A stretch of 64,000 nt of DNA from NCBI GenBank assembly GCA_964106915.2, contig OZ066914.1; one strand, written 5' to 3'. This stretch comes from Podarcis gaigeae (lineage: Eukaryota). Below the pieces are notes generated by a model, which was not told where the DNA came from, made no database searches, and saw nothing but the letters and a program-made list of their open reading frames with translations. Every line of letters begins with the position of its first letter. The stretch's first letter is position 1. Shown here one piece after another: positions 38,259 through 49,900 of the stretch. Both the position numbers and the translations under genes were made by a program.

Positions 38259-39133
38259 AGGATTAAATATACTAATGTACTATTGACCAACAGCATAACA
38301 TTTTGTTACAGCCAATGGCTGTAACAGTAGCTGAACAGCCAGTAGCTGAAACAGAGGAAGTGTGAATAATTAGCACTTTCCTTTCCTTTCCTTTTCATGA
38401 TCTTGCATATCCTCCATGTCAAGATACATTAACAGCTTGGGGAACGGATCCATTGAGACCATCCCATTAGCACAAAGACTTCTGCTTGTGCGATGGAAAC
38501 TACCCTGCTCCTCTCTCCACATGACCCTCCAATTTGGGGATATGTGGAGGGAGGAGAGAGAAGGGAAGTTCCACGACAGAAGTGGAAGCCCTTGGGCTAA
38601 CGTTACAACTCCATTGGACACAACCCTATACGTATCTCTTTATTTCTGCAGAAGTATCTGAGAAGCAGCAGTATGGCTCGCACCTCCTCTGTTGCCACTG
38701 CTAAGGATCATCCCAAGCCAGCTAGGACTTGAGACTTAATGAGCGCAACAGCTTCTGGAGCATCATAGGTTCCCCACCTGCGCTGTAGAACTTGGTGGGC
38801 GGGTGGGGTGGGGGAAGAAGGTTAAAAATACTGAGCTCACTACAATCAGTGCAGCTTTCAGCTTGGTGCCCAGGGTGAGCACTCTGCATGTCCACATCTA
38901 AGGCTGGCTTTGGGTGGAGCAAAATCCAGGTGCACATTCAATGGTCTTTTAGAATCAGATCATCTGATTGGTTAGACCCCATGGATGACAGTTAGTGGCT
39001 GTTAAGAGCAATTAAAATGTGCTACTAAGGCTGCAATTCTATGCACACTTTAAGTCCCACTGAACTATATTGAACTTGCTTCTCAGTAAACAAGCATAGG
39101 AGCACACTATTGGAAAGTGATGAAACATGCTTA

Positions 39134-39511
39134 AAGGTAAAAGGTAAAGCTACCCCTGCCCGTACGGGCCAGTCTTGACAGACTCTGGGGTTGTGCGCCC
39201 ATCTCACTCAAGAGGCCAGGGGCCAGCGCTGTCCGGAGACACTTCCGGGTCACGTGGCCAGCGTGACATCGCTGCTCTGGCCAGAGCCAGAGCCAGAGCC
39301 AGAGCCGCACATGGAATCACCGTTTACCTTCCCGCTGGTAAGCGGTCCCTATTTATCTACTTGCACCCGGAGGTGCTTTCGAACTGCTAGGTTGGCAGGC
39401 GCTGGGACCGAACGACAGGAGCGCACCCCGCCGCAGGGATTCGAACCGCCGACCTTTCGATCGGCAAGCCCTAGGCGCTGAGGCTTTTACCCACAGCGCC
39501 ACCTGCGTCCC
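39134..39511 (-). mobile_element. Full-length Sauria SINE with 8-bp TSD
   Basis: Same subfamily as 37888-38258. TSD catgctta at 39126-39133 and 39512-39519. Confidence 0.93.
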
Positions 39512-39654
39512 CATGCTTAGGGTGCACTATTTATCACAGTTTTACCCCATTATTACTACCATCAATCCCACAGTGTGGTATTTATGCAGTTAACCTATGT
39601 TGTTCCACATAGCAACCCAGTGAGGTAGACTAGGCTGAGAAACAGTGACTTCAA

Positions 39655-39962
39655 CTAGAGCCAGGGCTTTTTCGGCTACGGCTCCAATCTGGTGGAACGC
39701 TCTGTCACAAGAGACTAGAGCCCTGTGGAACTTGACATCTTTCCGCAGGGCCTGCAAGACAGAGTTGTTCCACCAGGCCTTTGGTCAGGGCGCAGCCTGA
39801 CTCCCTCCTTTGGCAACCTTCACAGAACTTTAGCTTAATGGTTGCCATTAATTTGATTTTAATTAATGTTTATAATGAAATGTTTTTAGAATGTTGCACT
39901 ATTTTATTGTTGTTAGCCGCCCTCAGCCCGGCTTTGGCTGGGGAGGGCGGGATATAAATAAA

Positions 39963-40011
<49 letters not shown>

Positions 40012-40020
40012 TTATTATTA
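39655..40020 (+). mobile_element. L2-type LINE 3' fragment (second family) with (TTA)n tail
   Basis: RAFSATAPIWWNAL...FRRACKTELF frame; 3' end GGGAGGGCGGGATATAAATAAA(TTA)n; ttcaa on both flanks. Confidence 0.75.
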
Positions 40021-40904
40021 TTCAAGGTTACCACAATATAAATGAATGAGTGGATATCTTTCTTTAATTATTTTTGTTTAAAATAAATACATAATCTGAG
40101 CAGCTTTTTAAAATCTTTGCCCTATATTGCTTTTGCAGGGAACCATTCTCCCCACCATGTGCAAACATTGGGTTGGATAGATTGGATGTCACACATTTGA
40201 ACCATCATGGAAGTAAGAAATGAGGCATAAATTGTGTTTTCCTATTTTGAGATTTGAAAAGTAAGCACTGAATAACAAACAGAACTCTGTGTCAAGAGTG
40301 TTGGCACTCCCCTTTCCTTTCTGCAGAAAACACGACCGCATTGCCAGATCATATAGAAATTAAAACCCTCTGCGCATGCATAAGTAAAATATGGCTGATT
40401 TAATAGGAATCTAAAAGTTAAAGGTCAGAGTATCGGTATGTCATTACACCTACCACCTGAGGTTGTTTGAAAATGGTGCGAGGTACCTATTCAATTAAAT
40501 AAGGACATTCTGAAACTATAAATAATGTATAAAGAAATACGAAAAATCCACAGAGCAGAGAGTCTAAAATAAATAAATAAAAACCACTGGAAGAGTAGCA
40601 GATAAAATATATTGACTCGCATTTCACACACACACACACACACACAAAAAAAGAGACGGGGGAAAATTAAATACTCAAGCATTTCAAAGGAAAATGTAAA
40701 GCTGTAAGCTGAAGACATCACTGTCTTGCTTTTAAGGCACTTAAAGAGTTTCATAAAGAGAAGCCTAGAATTTAGTTCTTCTTCACTTTATTTTCTGCCG
40801 TTCACCTGCAGGTCCCATGGTGGGTTACAAAAATTAAAAATTAAAAAGAGTTAAAACATGTGCATTAATTTACGTCCAAATAAAGATGCATAGGATTGGA
40901 CCGA

Positions 40905-41122
40905 ACCAAAGGATTCAAGTTACAAGAAAGGAGATTCTGACTGAACACCAGGAAGAACTTTCTGATAATAAGAGCTGTTTGACAGTGGGATGGACTTCCT
41001 TGGGAGGTGAAGGACTCTCCTTCCTTGGAGGATTTGAAGCAGATTTTGGGTGGCCAGCTGTCATGGATGCTGTCATGCTGTCATGGATGATTACTGCTTT
41101 GCAGGAGGCTGGATTAGATGAC
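40905..41122 (+). mobile_element. Degenerate CR1 3' fragment
   Basis: ggattcaagttacaagaaaggagattc...ggaagaactttctgata...ccttggagg, homologous to the CR1 3' end. Confidence 0.75.
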
Positions 41123-41272
41123 GCTTGCAGAACATCAGAGAGCTTGAAGGCCTCTGGCTTATGTTTACTATACTTGAAGAAACATGAAAAGATCATGTTT
41201 GAGTTGGCCTCTTCTGCACCCATTCAAATCAATGGACTTCAGTTAGTCACAAAAAGCCCAAATAAAACAAGA

Positions 41273-41495
41273 AGAGTCAGTGTGGTGCAGTGGTTAGCGT
41301 GTTGGACCAGGAGGAACAGGGTTAAAATCCTCACTCAGCCAAAAAGCTCACTGGGTGTTCCTGGGTCAACCACTGCCTCTCAGCTGAATCTACCTCACAG
41401 GGTTGTTGTGAGGATTAAATAAGGGGAAGAACCATGTTCACCACTGTGTGCTCCTTGAAGAAAAAGGCAGGCTACAAACGTAATAAACAAAATAA
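41273..41495 (+). mobile_element. Older tRNA/CORE-type SINE
   Basis: AGTGTGGTGCAGTGGTTAG A box, CORE-like ACCTCACAGGGTTGTTGTGAGGATTAAA, A-rich tail. Confidence 0.65.
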
Positions 41496-41795
41496 TGTTC
41501 CTTGATTTCAGTGGATCTACTTTAAATATGACTTAGTGAGATACAACAAAATCCAGATAAAAAGGAAATTAAGGAGAGGAAGGAGAGAATTCTTAGGGGT
41601 TGGAAGGATGAAGCAGCTTCAGGAGGCAAGGGAGGGCCGCATCAAATGAAGTCAGGGGCCACATGCACCACCCAGGCTACAGGCTGCTTACCTCTGTCTA
41701 CCCTGACTTGTGACAGACATAGAAGTCTTTCCTAGTCCTACCTAGAGATGCCAGGGATTGATCGTGGGATAATCCAAGGGCAAAGTGTGCGTTCT

Positions 41796-42176
41796 AGGTA
41801 AAGGTAAAGGACCCCTGGACGGTTAAGTCCAATCAAAGGCGACTATGGGGTTGCGGTGCTCATCTTGTTTTCAGGCCGAGGGAGCCAGCGCTCGTCCACA
41901 GACAGCTTTCCGGGTCATGTGGCCAGCATGACTAAACCACTTCTGGTGCAACGGGACACCATGACGGAAAACAGAGCACACAGAAATGGTGTTTACCATC
42001 CTGCTGCAGCGGTACCTATTTATCTACTTGCGCTGGCATGCTTTCGAACTGCTAGGTTGGCAGAAGCTGGGACAGAGCAACGGGAGCTCACCCCGTCACG
42101 GGGATTCAAACCACCAATCTCCCGATTGGCAAGTCCAAGAGGCTCAGTGGTTTAGACCACAGCGCCACCCACGTCC
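41796..42176 (-). mobile_element. Sauria SINE (different subfamily) nested in an older tRNA-SINE remnant
   Basis: (AAAGGT)n tail on +, conserved core, head ...AGCGCCACCCACGTCC. The flanks (cctagagatgccagggattga... / ...ttctactgaactatagcc) resemble the SINE at 33940-34615. Confidence 0.85.
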
Positions 42177-44214
42177 TCCTAAAAGCACTCTTCTACTGAA
42201 CTATAGCCATTCTTCATGTGGAATAAATCCCTCTGAACACAATCAGACATAAATATAGGTAAACAGGCATAAAATTGTGCCGCATGACAAATTCAAAAGG
42301 CCAATTTGCCATGAAGAGTGGGCACACGAGGTGGAATTGAAGACAGAGTAACGATCCTAATTTCATGCAGAATGCCAAAACCCCCAGCAAAAGAGCACTC
42401 TGCTTCAAAAACATTCTGACAGCATGATGTCACCTTAATATATCTTTTGTGGGGTTTTTAAAGACACTTGAAGGAGTAACTCCACATTTTCAGCAAAGTG
42501 AAGAATTATGCGAAGTGGTCATTCAGTCAAAAGTGACACTTTTCTGATAACAGAAAATCTCTCACTGCTGGAATACAACTCGGGCACTGGAATCACCTCA
42601 AAAGCAAGTCCAACTTAATGGCTGTGCTATATGCCATTTACTTTTATTATCATCCCCAGGAAATAGGTTTACCCTGCTTTAAAATTTATACAGCTCATCT
42701 TGCAAGCTGCTTTCTAAAAATTAGCTTGAAGGAAATAGTGATTCAGGAGACAGAGCGGAAATCAATTCCAATTCGATATTGATAGCTACCGTGCGATGTA
42801 AACTGTGTGTTCTTTCTAATTAAATGTAAACACGCTTGGTTCTAAAGTCCAGCAGTGATGACAACAGCCATTAGAATGGATTGCTTAAGCATTGATCAAC
42901 CGATTTGTCTGAACCTTTTGTTCATATCTTACGTATTCTTGAGCAATCTGCGGCAGGGTTAGTGTCAGTTCCAACTGACTTTAGTTTAGGTCATCTTCAG
43001 GTAAAAAAAAAAAAAAAACTTGACAGGAATGTTGAGTGCTCAGTAATGCCTAAAGTTATTCATTAACTATGTCCTTCTGATAGCTAATCAATACCATTGC
43101 ATGGAGCCAAGCACACTGCTCTGAACTGCCCTTCTCCCAAAAGCCAAGTCTTGGTAAATATTTAATGGTAGTAAAGGTGTTTTGGGTTGCTATCAAACTG
43201 ATTATGTTAAAGAACTCTTAAAAGAAACTTTATCTTCCCTCTCTCTGCAGAATTTGTTCAGCAATTCTAAAGCCCTGATGCAAAGTGGTTTGAGGAATGC
43301 TTTTCAATGCATCTTTTGAATGGTGGATATTCACCTCTGGTGTGTAAGAAAATAGTTTTGTTATAAAAGAATCAAGAGATCTCTTTTAAAGACCTGTATT
43401 TCCTTGTTAAAACACTATATAATGGTAGTGCAAGGGATCCCAGTGCCTTTCAAAAGTCGCTGGACTACAACTGCCATTATTCCTGACCATTGACCGTGTT
43501 GGCTGAGACTGATGGGAACTGGAGTTCAACATCTGGGGGTGGGGTGTCACAGGTTCCTCAACCCTGTTAGAAAGCAACCCAACCCTCTTGGGCCCCTTTG
43601 CAACAAGGAAAGGCTGTATTCCAGTTTCCCAGTTCTGCGCCTACTTTGCATATGACGCAAACTGTTTGCTAATTATGCAGTCAGGTATACTGTATTAGCT
43701 ATTTAATTGTCTATCAGCCGCTTCCTGTATGTTCCTGGCAAATATCTCAAAAACGTTGGGGAAGAATCAGAAGCAACTTTTTTTTTTTTAATGTCCATTT
43801 GCTCATGCCAGAATTTGCTTACTCTTTTATTCGCTCACAATAGGAGCAGCTTAATGGGGACAGAGGTGTTGCAAACTGCCTGCAATGCTGTTGCTCTAGC
43901 AATACGTATTCTGCATCCACGCATATATATTCAAATGCCATTTTGGAATCTTCAGCAAAAATCACACCACGGGTTTTGTGGCTGGAAGTATTCTTGAGAT
44001 AACATTACAAGGGAAATGGAAGAAGCCAATATCAAACTATTACAACAGGATTTTTATTTTTTTTAAAGTTGCTCCAAGTTTAGAATCCTCCCACCCCCCC
44101 CCCCCACAGCACAGGAGCCAACTCCTGGGGGAGGGGGAGTCCTTGTGCAGGGCTTCTGTTGAAGGTCTTTATTAGCTCAATGTCATCCAATATCTGTAGA
44201 TCAGTTATGTGGTA

Positions 44215-44571
44215 AAAGGTAAAGGTAAAGGGACCCCTGACCATTAGGTCCAGTCGTGACCGACTCTGGGGTTGCGGCACTCATCTCGCTTTAGTGGCCG
44301 AGGGAGCCGGCGTACAGCTTCCGAGTCATGTGGCCAGCATGACTAAGCTGCTTCTGGCGAACCAGAGCAGCGCATGGAAACGCCGTTTACCTTCCCGCCA
44401 GAGTGGTACCTATTTATCTACTTGCACTTTGATGTGCTTTCGAACTGCTAGGTTGGCAGGAGCAGGGACCAAGCAACGGGAGCTCACCCCGTCATGGGGA
44501 TTCGAACCGCCGACCTTCTGATTGGCAAGTCCTAGGCTCTGTGGTTTAACCCACAGCACCACCAGCGTCCC
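44215..44571 (-). mobile_element. Full-length Sauria SINE with 14-bp TSD
   Basis: TSD tcagttatgtggta at 44201-44214 and 44572-44585; complete head, core and tail. Confidence 0.93.
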
Positions 44572-45307
44572 TCAGTTATGTGGTAGTACTGGCTTTTCCT
44601 CTTCCCATTTAGGCTGTAGCCTTGAGTTTTTGGACAGCATTTCTCGATTTAGAATCTAATCCACACCATTCATCGTTTCTATACAGCTCCATCATGCCTT
44701 CTTGGAATCATCTCTGTTTAGCCTAAAACACCCTATCTGTTTAAATCTGTTTCCTAAAGATGATCCTCTTACCATTTTAATTGCCTTTCCTGCAACTTTA
44801 TCAGAGAAATCTGTGTAACCCAATACATTTCTGAATGCTTCTGAGGCAAAGTACATCTAAAGTTACACTAGCAAAAGTGCATCCCTATGGGCCTATGGAA
44901 GGGGAATGGAGAAAGAGTGGGCAGAGTTTGGCCCATCCGCTGTGAACGGAGAGTTGTCTTGGCAAACTAAAACTAGAAGCTCCTGTTGCCTATTGTAGTT
45001 TCTTGGTCTCAGTTGCTTGCTTCAATCATATTTAGCGTCCTAGAATGAAATAAATATTTCCAGAGAATAGCAATGCAGTCATTTTTCTAAGTAGATGTAG
45101 CTCCTTTACCCGCCAACAAGCCCTGGTTCCATGTCTAGCTATGACCCCTGGATTGAAAAGGTTCTTGGCAGGGAGGGGTCATTTGTTCCACCACCAAGTC
45201 TAAAAAAGGAGCAGGGAATACAACTGCACATCATAATAGACACATGGCTATGCTGCTGATACTATTGTATGGTTTTTGACACTAGCTCCATTCACTCCCT
45301 AAAAATG

Positions 45308-45379
45308 TATCCCTGTAGAATACATTTTTAGAAAACACATCCTAAGATGTGTTTTCTAAAAATGTATTCTACAGGGATA
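45308..45379. repeat. Perfect inverted repeat (34-bp arms, 4-nt spacer)
   Basis: tatccctgtagaatacatttttagaaaacacatc-ctaa-gatgtgttttctaaaaatgtattctacagggata. Confidence 0.95.
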
Positions 45380-46228
45380 ATGGAGGGGTAATAATCAGAC
45401 ACTCTATTAGATATTTTTTTTTAAGTCCCTAAATAATCATTTCACGGAGAGAACTGTGATTCCTGCGTTTAATCAAGAGTTAAAATATGCACAGTAATTC
45501 CTTATTTTCATAATATTCCTTTTGACAAAGATAACAGCCATGAAAACAGTTCCCACCTGGCCAAACCCGACATACAGGTTTTGTTGAGGAAAAAAGAAAT
45601 GCATGACTTAATTATTGAAATGGATCTATTAGAACTGTCCCCCAATCCACCTTGCCTGCCCCACCTACAGATGAACTTCGAATGACCCGCTTTATGCAAA
45701 AAAGAATTGTAATAACTTGCACTAAAAGCTGCTTATAAAGCTCAGGCTGCCAGGAAGACAAAAGCAGAATTCAGAAATGCGTGTGTTGCCCCTAGAGGAG
45801 AAACATAGGGGGAAAAAGTCACCTTTTATCAAGTTTACTTTCATATCGAATAAATAGCTAAACTAATCTGAGCTGTGCTATAAGTTACTTCTTGCTAATT
45901 ATGTTTGGTTTCATTAGTCCTTGATACTGTCTATTGTTTAAATTGCTTTCATTAAAACAGCAGATGGTGTCAAGAGTAACACAATGAAGAGACATTCCCC
46001 TACCCCAGCATTCCTTGAGTAAAAAGGGCAGTATTATAACAAGGGCTCCCCTCCCCCCATCAAATAATACTACCACGAAAAGGTGTTCTGAGATTATTAT
46101 TATTATAAAAAAATAAGAATTTTCAAATGATTTAAACTAAAGGATGGTTTTCATTGTGCTTTGGGAGGTTAACTCTGCAGCCATCTCCTTATTTTAACCA
46201 TCTCGTCCATTTTCAGTATTCTGAGATA

Positions 46229-46487
46229 CCGTATTTTTCACTCTATAAGATGCACCAGACCACAAGACGCACCTAGTTTTTGGAGGAGGAAAACAAGAAA
46301 AAAAATATTCTGAATCTCAGAAGCCAGAACAGCAAGAGGGATCGCTGCACAGTGAAAGCAGCAATCCCTCTTGCTGTTCTGGCTTCTGTGATAGCTGCGC
46401 AGCCTGCATTCGCTCCATAAGACGCTCACACATTTCCTCTTACTTTTTAGGAGAGAAAAAGTGAGTCTTATAGAGCAAAAAATACGG
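46229..46487. mobile_element. pogo/Tigger-like MITE (TIR CCGTATTTTT, TA TSD)
   Basis: TA|CCGTATTTTTCACTCTATAAGA ... TCTTATAGAGCAAAAAATACGG|TA, plus an internal inverted repeat cagaagccagaacagcaagagggat/atccctcttgctgttctggcttctg. Confidence 0.88.
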
Positions 46488-49039
46488 TATATATCGGTGC
46501 TTACAGAACCAAAACAGCAACACTCATGAACAAGAGGACGGTATCAGCAAGGTTGGAGAAAGCTGAATATTTAAAATAGAAAAAAATATTTAGGAGGGAA
46601 GAAACAAATCTTAAAGGGAAAAACAGCCCTGCTCAATGGCCAGTGAATGGGGGGGGGGGCAGAAAACTGGGTGGCAAGGGGAATGGAGAATCCAGACAGA
46701 CTGAAGCACTGAACAGGAGAACTCCATGCTATAACTTTTTGTTGCATGTCTCACTTGCAGGACTATGTTCTGGTTTACATACGGCTGGACTTTGACTTAG
46801 ATCTTCATTAATGTTGGTAGATTTGGCACTGCCCACTTCTAGACATGTAGGATTCCTTCCCTCAATAAGGGTATAGCTGCAACATCGCGTGCCACATTTA
46901 TATACAGATTTTCTGCCAAAGTACTCAAAAATGATATGGAAAGGGACAGGGAAAATTAATGGAGGGCAGGTAATCAGCTGAAAACAGCATAATGTTCTGT
47001 AGCAACAAAACATCCTAAAGATTGACAAATTCACCATGGTATGGTAAGTTGTGGTGGACTAGAGTTTATTTCATTGGCTGGACTCTAGTCACACAGGCCT
47101 ATGCCAGGGGTTGAGAACCTGCAGCCCTCCAGATGTTACTAGACTCCAGCAGTCCAGCCACAATGGTCAAAAAGCAGGGATGATGGGAGCTATGATCTGG
47201 CAACTTCTAGAGGGTCACAGGTTCCCCATTCCTGGTCCATAATCAATTCATTAGTCTTCAGGTCACCATGATGCTCCAAGTTGTTTATACATGCTAACAT
47301 GACTACACATCTGGAAGCTATAATGCTTCAATCTTAGACATGCTTACTAGGGAGTAAACCCCACTGGATACAATGGGCTAGATTGAAGTAACCTGGCACA
47401 TTAGCAGAAGCTAGTGTGTGATTCCCACTAACATAATGGGGCTCCCCCCCAAAAATCTACTCTAGTGGTTTGGGAGAACCCCCAAAACAGCACATGGGGA
47501 GCTGAGAGGGGGATTGTTCCATCTGGCAAGCAGAAATGCTTGCCACTAATGGATCAAAACAGTGTGGCATATTTCTCCTAATAGAAATTACTTAGGAATA
47601 AACATGTGTAAGATTGCATTCTCAGTCATGGTGATTAACAGCAATCTCCAAGTTTAGGGCCAGTGCACTTGAAACCTGATAGGACAAAAAACAGGGGAGG
47701 ACTGTTCCAAGTTTTGGGATGACAACTCGTTGGCCACAGTTAAAAACAGAATTCTGGATTAGATGCATTTTGGCTTGATCCAGCAAGATTCTCTGCGTGC
47801 CTTTTTATGACATGACAACTCTGAAAGTTCTTCTTCATACTTCTGTTGAAATGTGCTCACCAACTAAGCCAAGGAATTAACCCCCACATTTATATTTCAG
47901 GGTTCCCTGAGAGCTCCCCCTTTTTACTGGAGACAGAAACGTGAGAAAAGGAGTCAGAGCAGTTTAGGCTTGGAATGCTGCATCTTATATAATCCCCTCT
48001 CACTGGTCAGGTGAGTCTTTCCCTCTACAGCTGCAATGACCTTTTAATTTATTATTATTATAAACTTCCAAGGGATAGAAGAAAATGTCATTTGGTCTGC
48101 ATTCTTAAGTGAAGTGATCTAATCCACACCTTCCAGAACAATACATGGTTCAGAATGTCATCATCTTTTGGACTTCACGCTTCTCCAAATGTTGCTACAC
48201 AGTTCTTGGCTCAAAAGAATACAACAATGTACACACACACACACACACTGACTCCAGCTTCCTTGGGCTTGGTCCATTTATGAAAATAGCTGACCAAGAA
48301 GCACCTATGCTTTACATCATAGGCTACTTTAAATGAATCTTGGAAGACATCAAAGACCAGGGATGTCTCTGAACCTCAGCCACCCTGGACCACTGTGTCA
48401 AGAGGATGGTGTTTTCCCCATGTTCAGGGCTGAGACCATGGGACTAAAACAACCAATAACACACAGGGGCTGGCTGTATACCATGGAGAAGACATAGAAA
48501 AACAAGATCATAAATTGAAAGTTTGCCCCAGTCAAGAGATGGCTCAATCTGGATCCTGGAGGGCAGGTCTGGTAATTGTGAGGCAGGCAGAGAGTTGAGG
48601 TAAGATGTTGAGAGGATAGAGCTGTGAGTGTCATGTGGTCTGTCTGCACCCCTTAAGGTAGCCTACTGTCCTCTGGTGCAGTGGAGAACACTGTTCATGC
48701 CACCAGTGCTGAAGTAAGATTCAGCTGGCAGTCGGGTTACATTCTGTACTTGGAATTTACCTTTCACCTCAGAGAGCAGAATGTCTTGTGCTGGACCAGG
48801 TGAGGACAGTGACTTACCTTCTCAGGCTGCAATCTCACATGCGCTTATCTGGCAATTAAGTCTTACTGAATGTTACTTCTGAGTAGATATGTATATGATC
48901 ACACTGTTAAGTCCCATTCCCCGCCTGGGTTTCTTCTCGACTCATTGCTACAAACAGACAACACAAAGTCAAGTGAGGAGGGTCTTCTCATATGGATGGA
49001 GGATCCACAGTAAAAGGTTATACATGTGATGGGGAGGAT

Positions 49040-49660
49040 GCTCAGCTGAGACACTGTCAGGAGAAAATGGAAGAGTGTGCTTTTGGAGGGAAAGTCAAAC
49101 CATTGGAGAGTTACAGCGCCAGCTGTGGCTGTAGAGAAGGATACAAGAGGGACATGTCTTGTTGCAGCTGAGGCAGAAAGTGGTGTCGGTTTTGCTTCTA
49201 CAGGTGCACCATGGAGTTTCTTCTCTCTGCGCTCCTCCCAGTGGTCATTCCTCGTCTGCTCACTGCTGTGGATACATGACTTGACTATCTGTCTCCAGGC
49301 ACTGCAACTGTCTGCAAGGGATTCCCACACAGCAGGGTTAATGTTGCCATCCTTCATGCCATGTTTGCAGGCATCATTGGTCTGCCAACAGTCCTAGGAC
49401 TTGAAGCCAGTTCCCTGTACAGCACGTTCTTGTGGATCCTGCCATCTTCCATTCTGTATACATGACCAAGCCAACGCAGACGTCGCTGGGACTGAAGTGC
49501 AAAGAAGCTGGGAATGCGGGCTTGGGAGAACACATTTCTCTTTGAGACTCTGTCCTGCCATGTGATGTTCACAGCACATGTGAAAGGCATCAAGGTATTT
49601 CTCCTGGCAGGTGTAAGTTGCTCGCTTCCATAAAGCAGCATGCTCAACACCCACAAGTCC
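49040..49660 (-). mobile_element. Old, frameshifted RTE-clade LINE fragment
   Basis: LLYGSE...RRLRWLGHVYRMEDGRIHKNVLYRELAS..RTVGRP and INPAVWESLA..AWR motifs in ORFs 49354..49662 and 48899..49357. Confidence 0.8.
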
Positions 49661-49810
49661 ACAATATATATCTTAACATTCCTGTGTTGTGCATAAAACT
49701 GTCCTCTAACTGGAAAACCTGTTTATTAGCCACTTGGGTAAATACCACAATATGCTAAGACTTCACAGTGATATATTTTAAAGCTAACATGTCTTGGAAT
49801 TAAAGCTCTC

Positions 49811-49900
49811 AATAATTACTAAATCTTAAAATTCTTAAAATAATCTTAAAATAAATCTTAAAATAATTACTAAATCTTAAAATTACTAAATCTTAAATTA
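49811..49900. repeat. AT-rich tandem repeat (aatcttaaa core)
   Basis: Variable units built on (tact)aaatcttaaaat. Confidence 0.8.

Noticed and set aside
40886-41422. 178-aa ORF
   Set aside because: Chance read-through across a CR1 remnant and a SINE.
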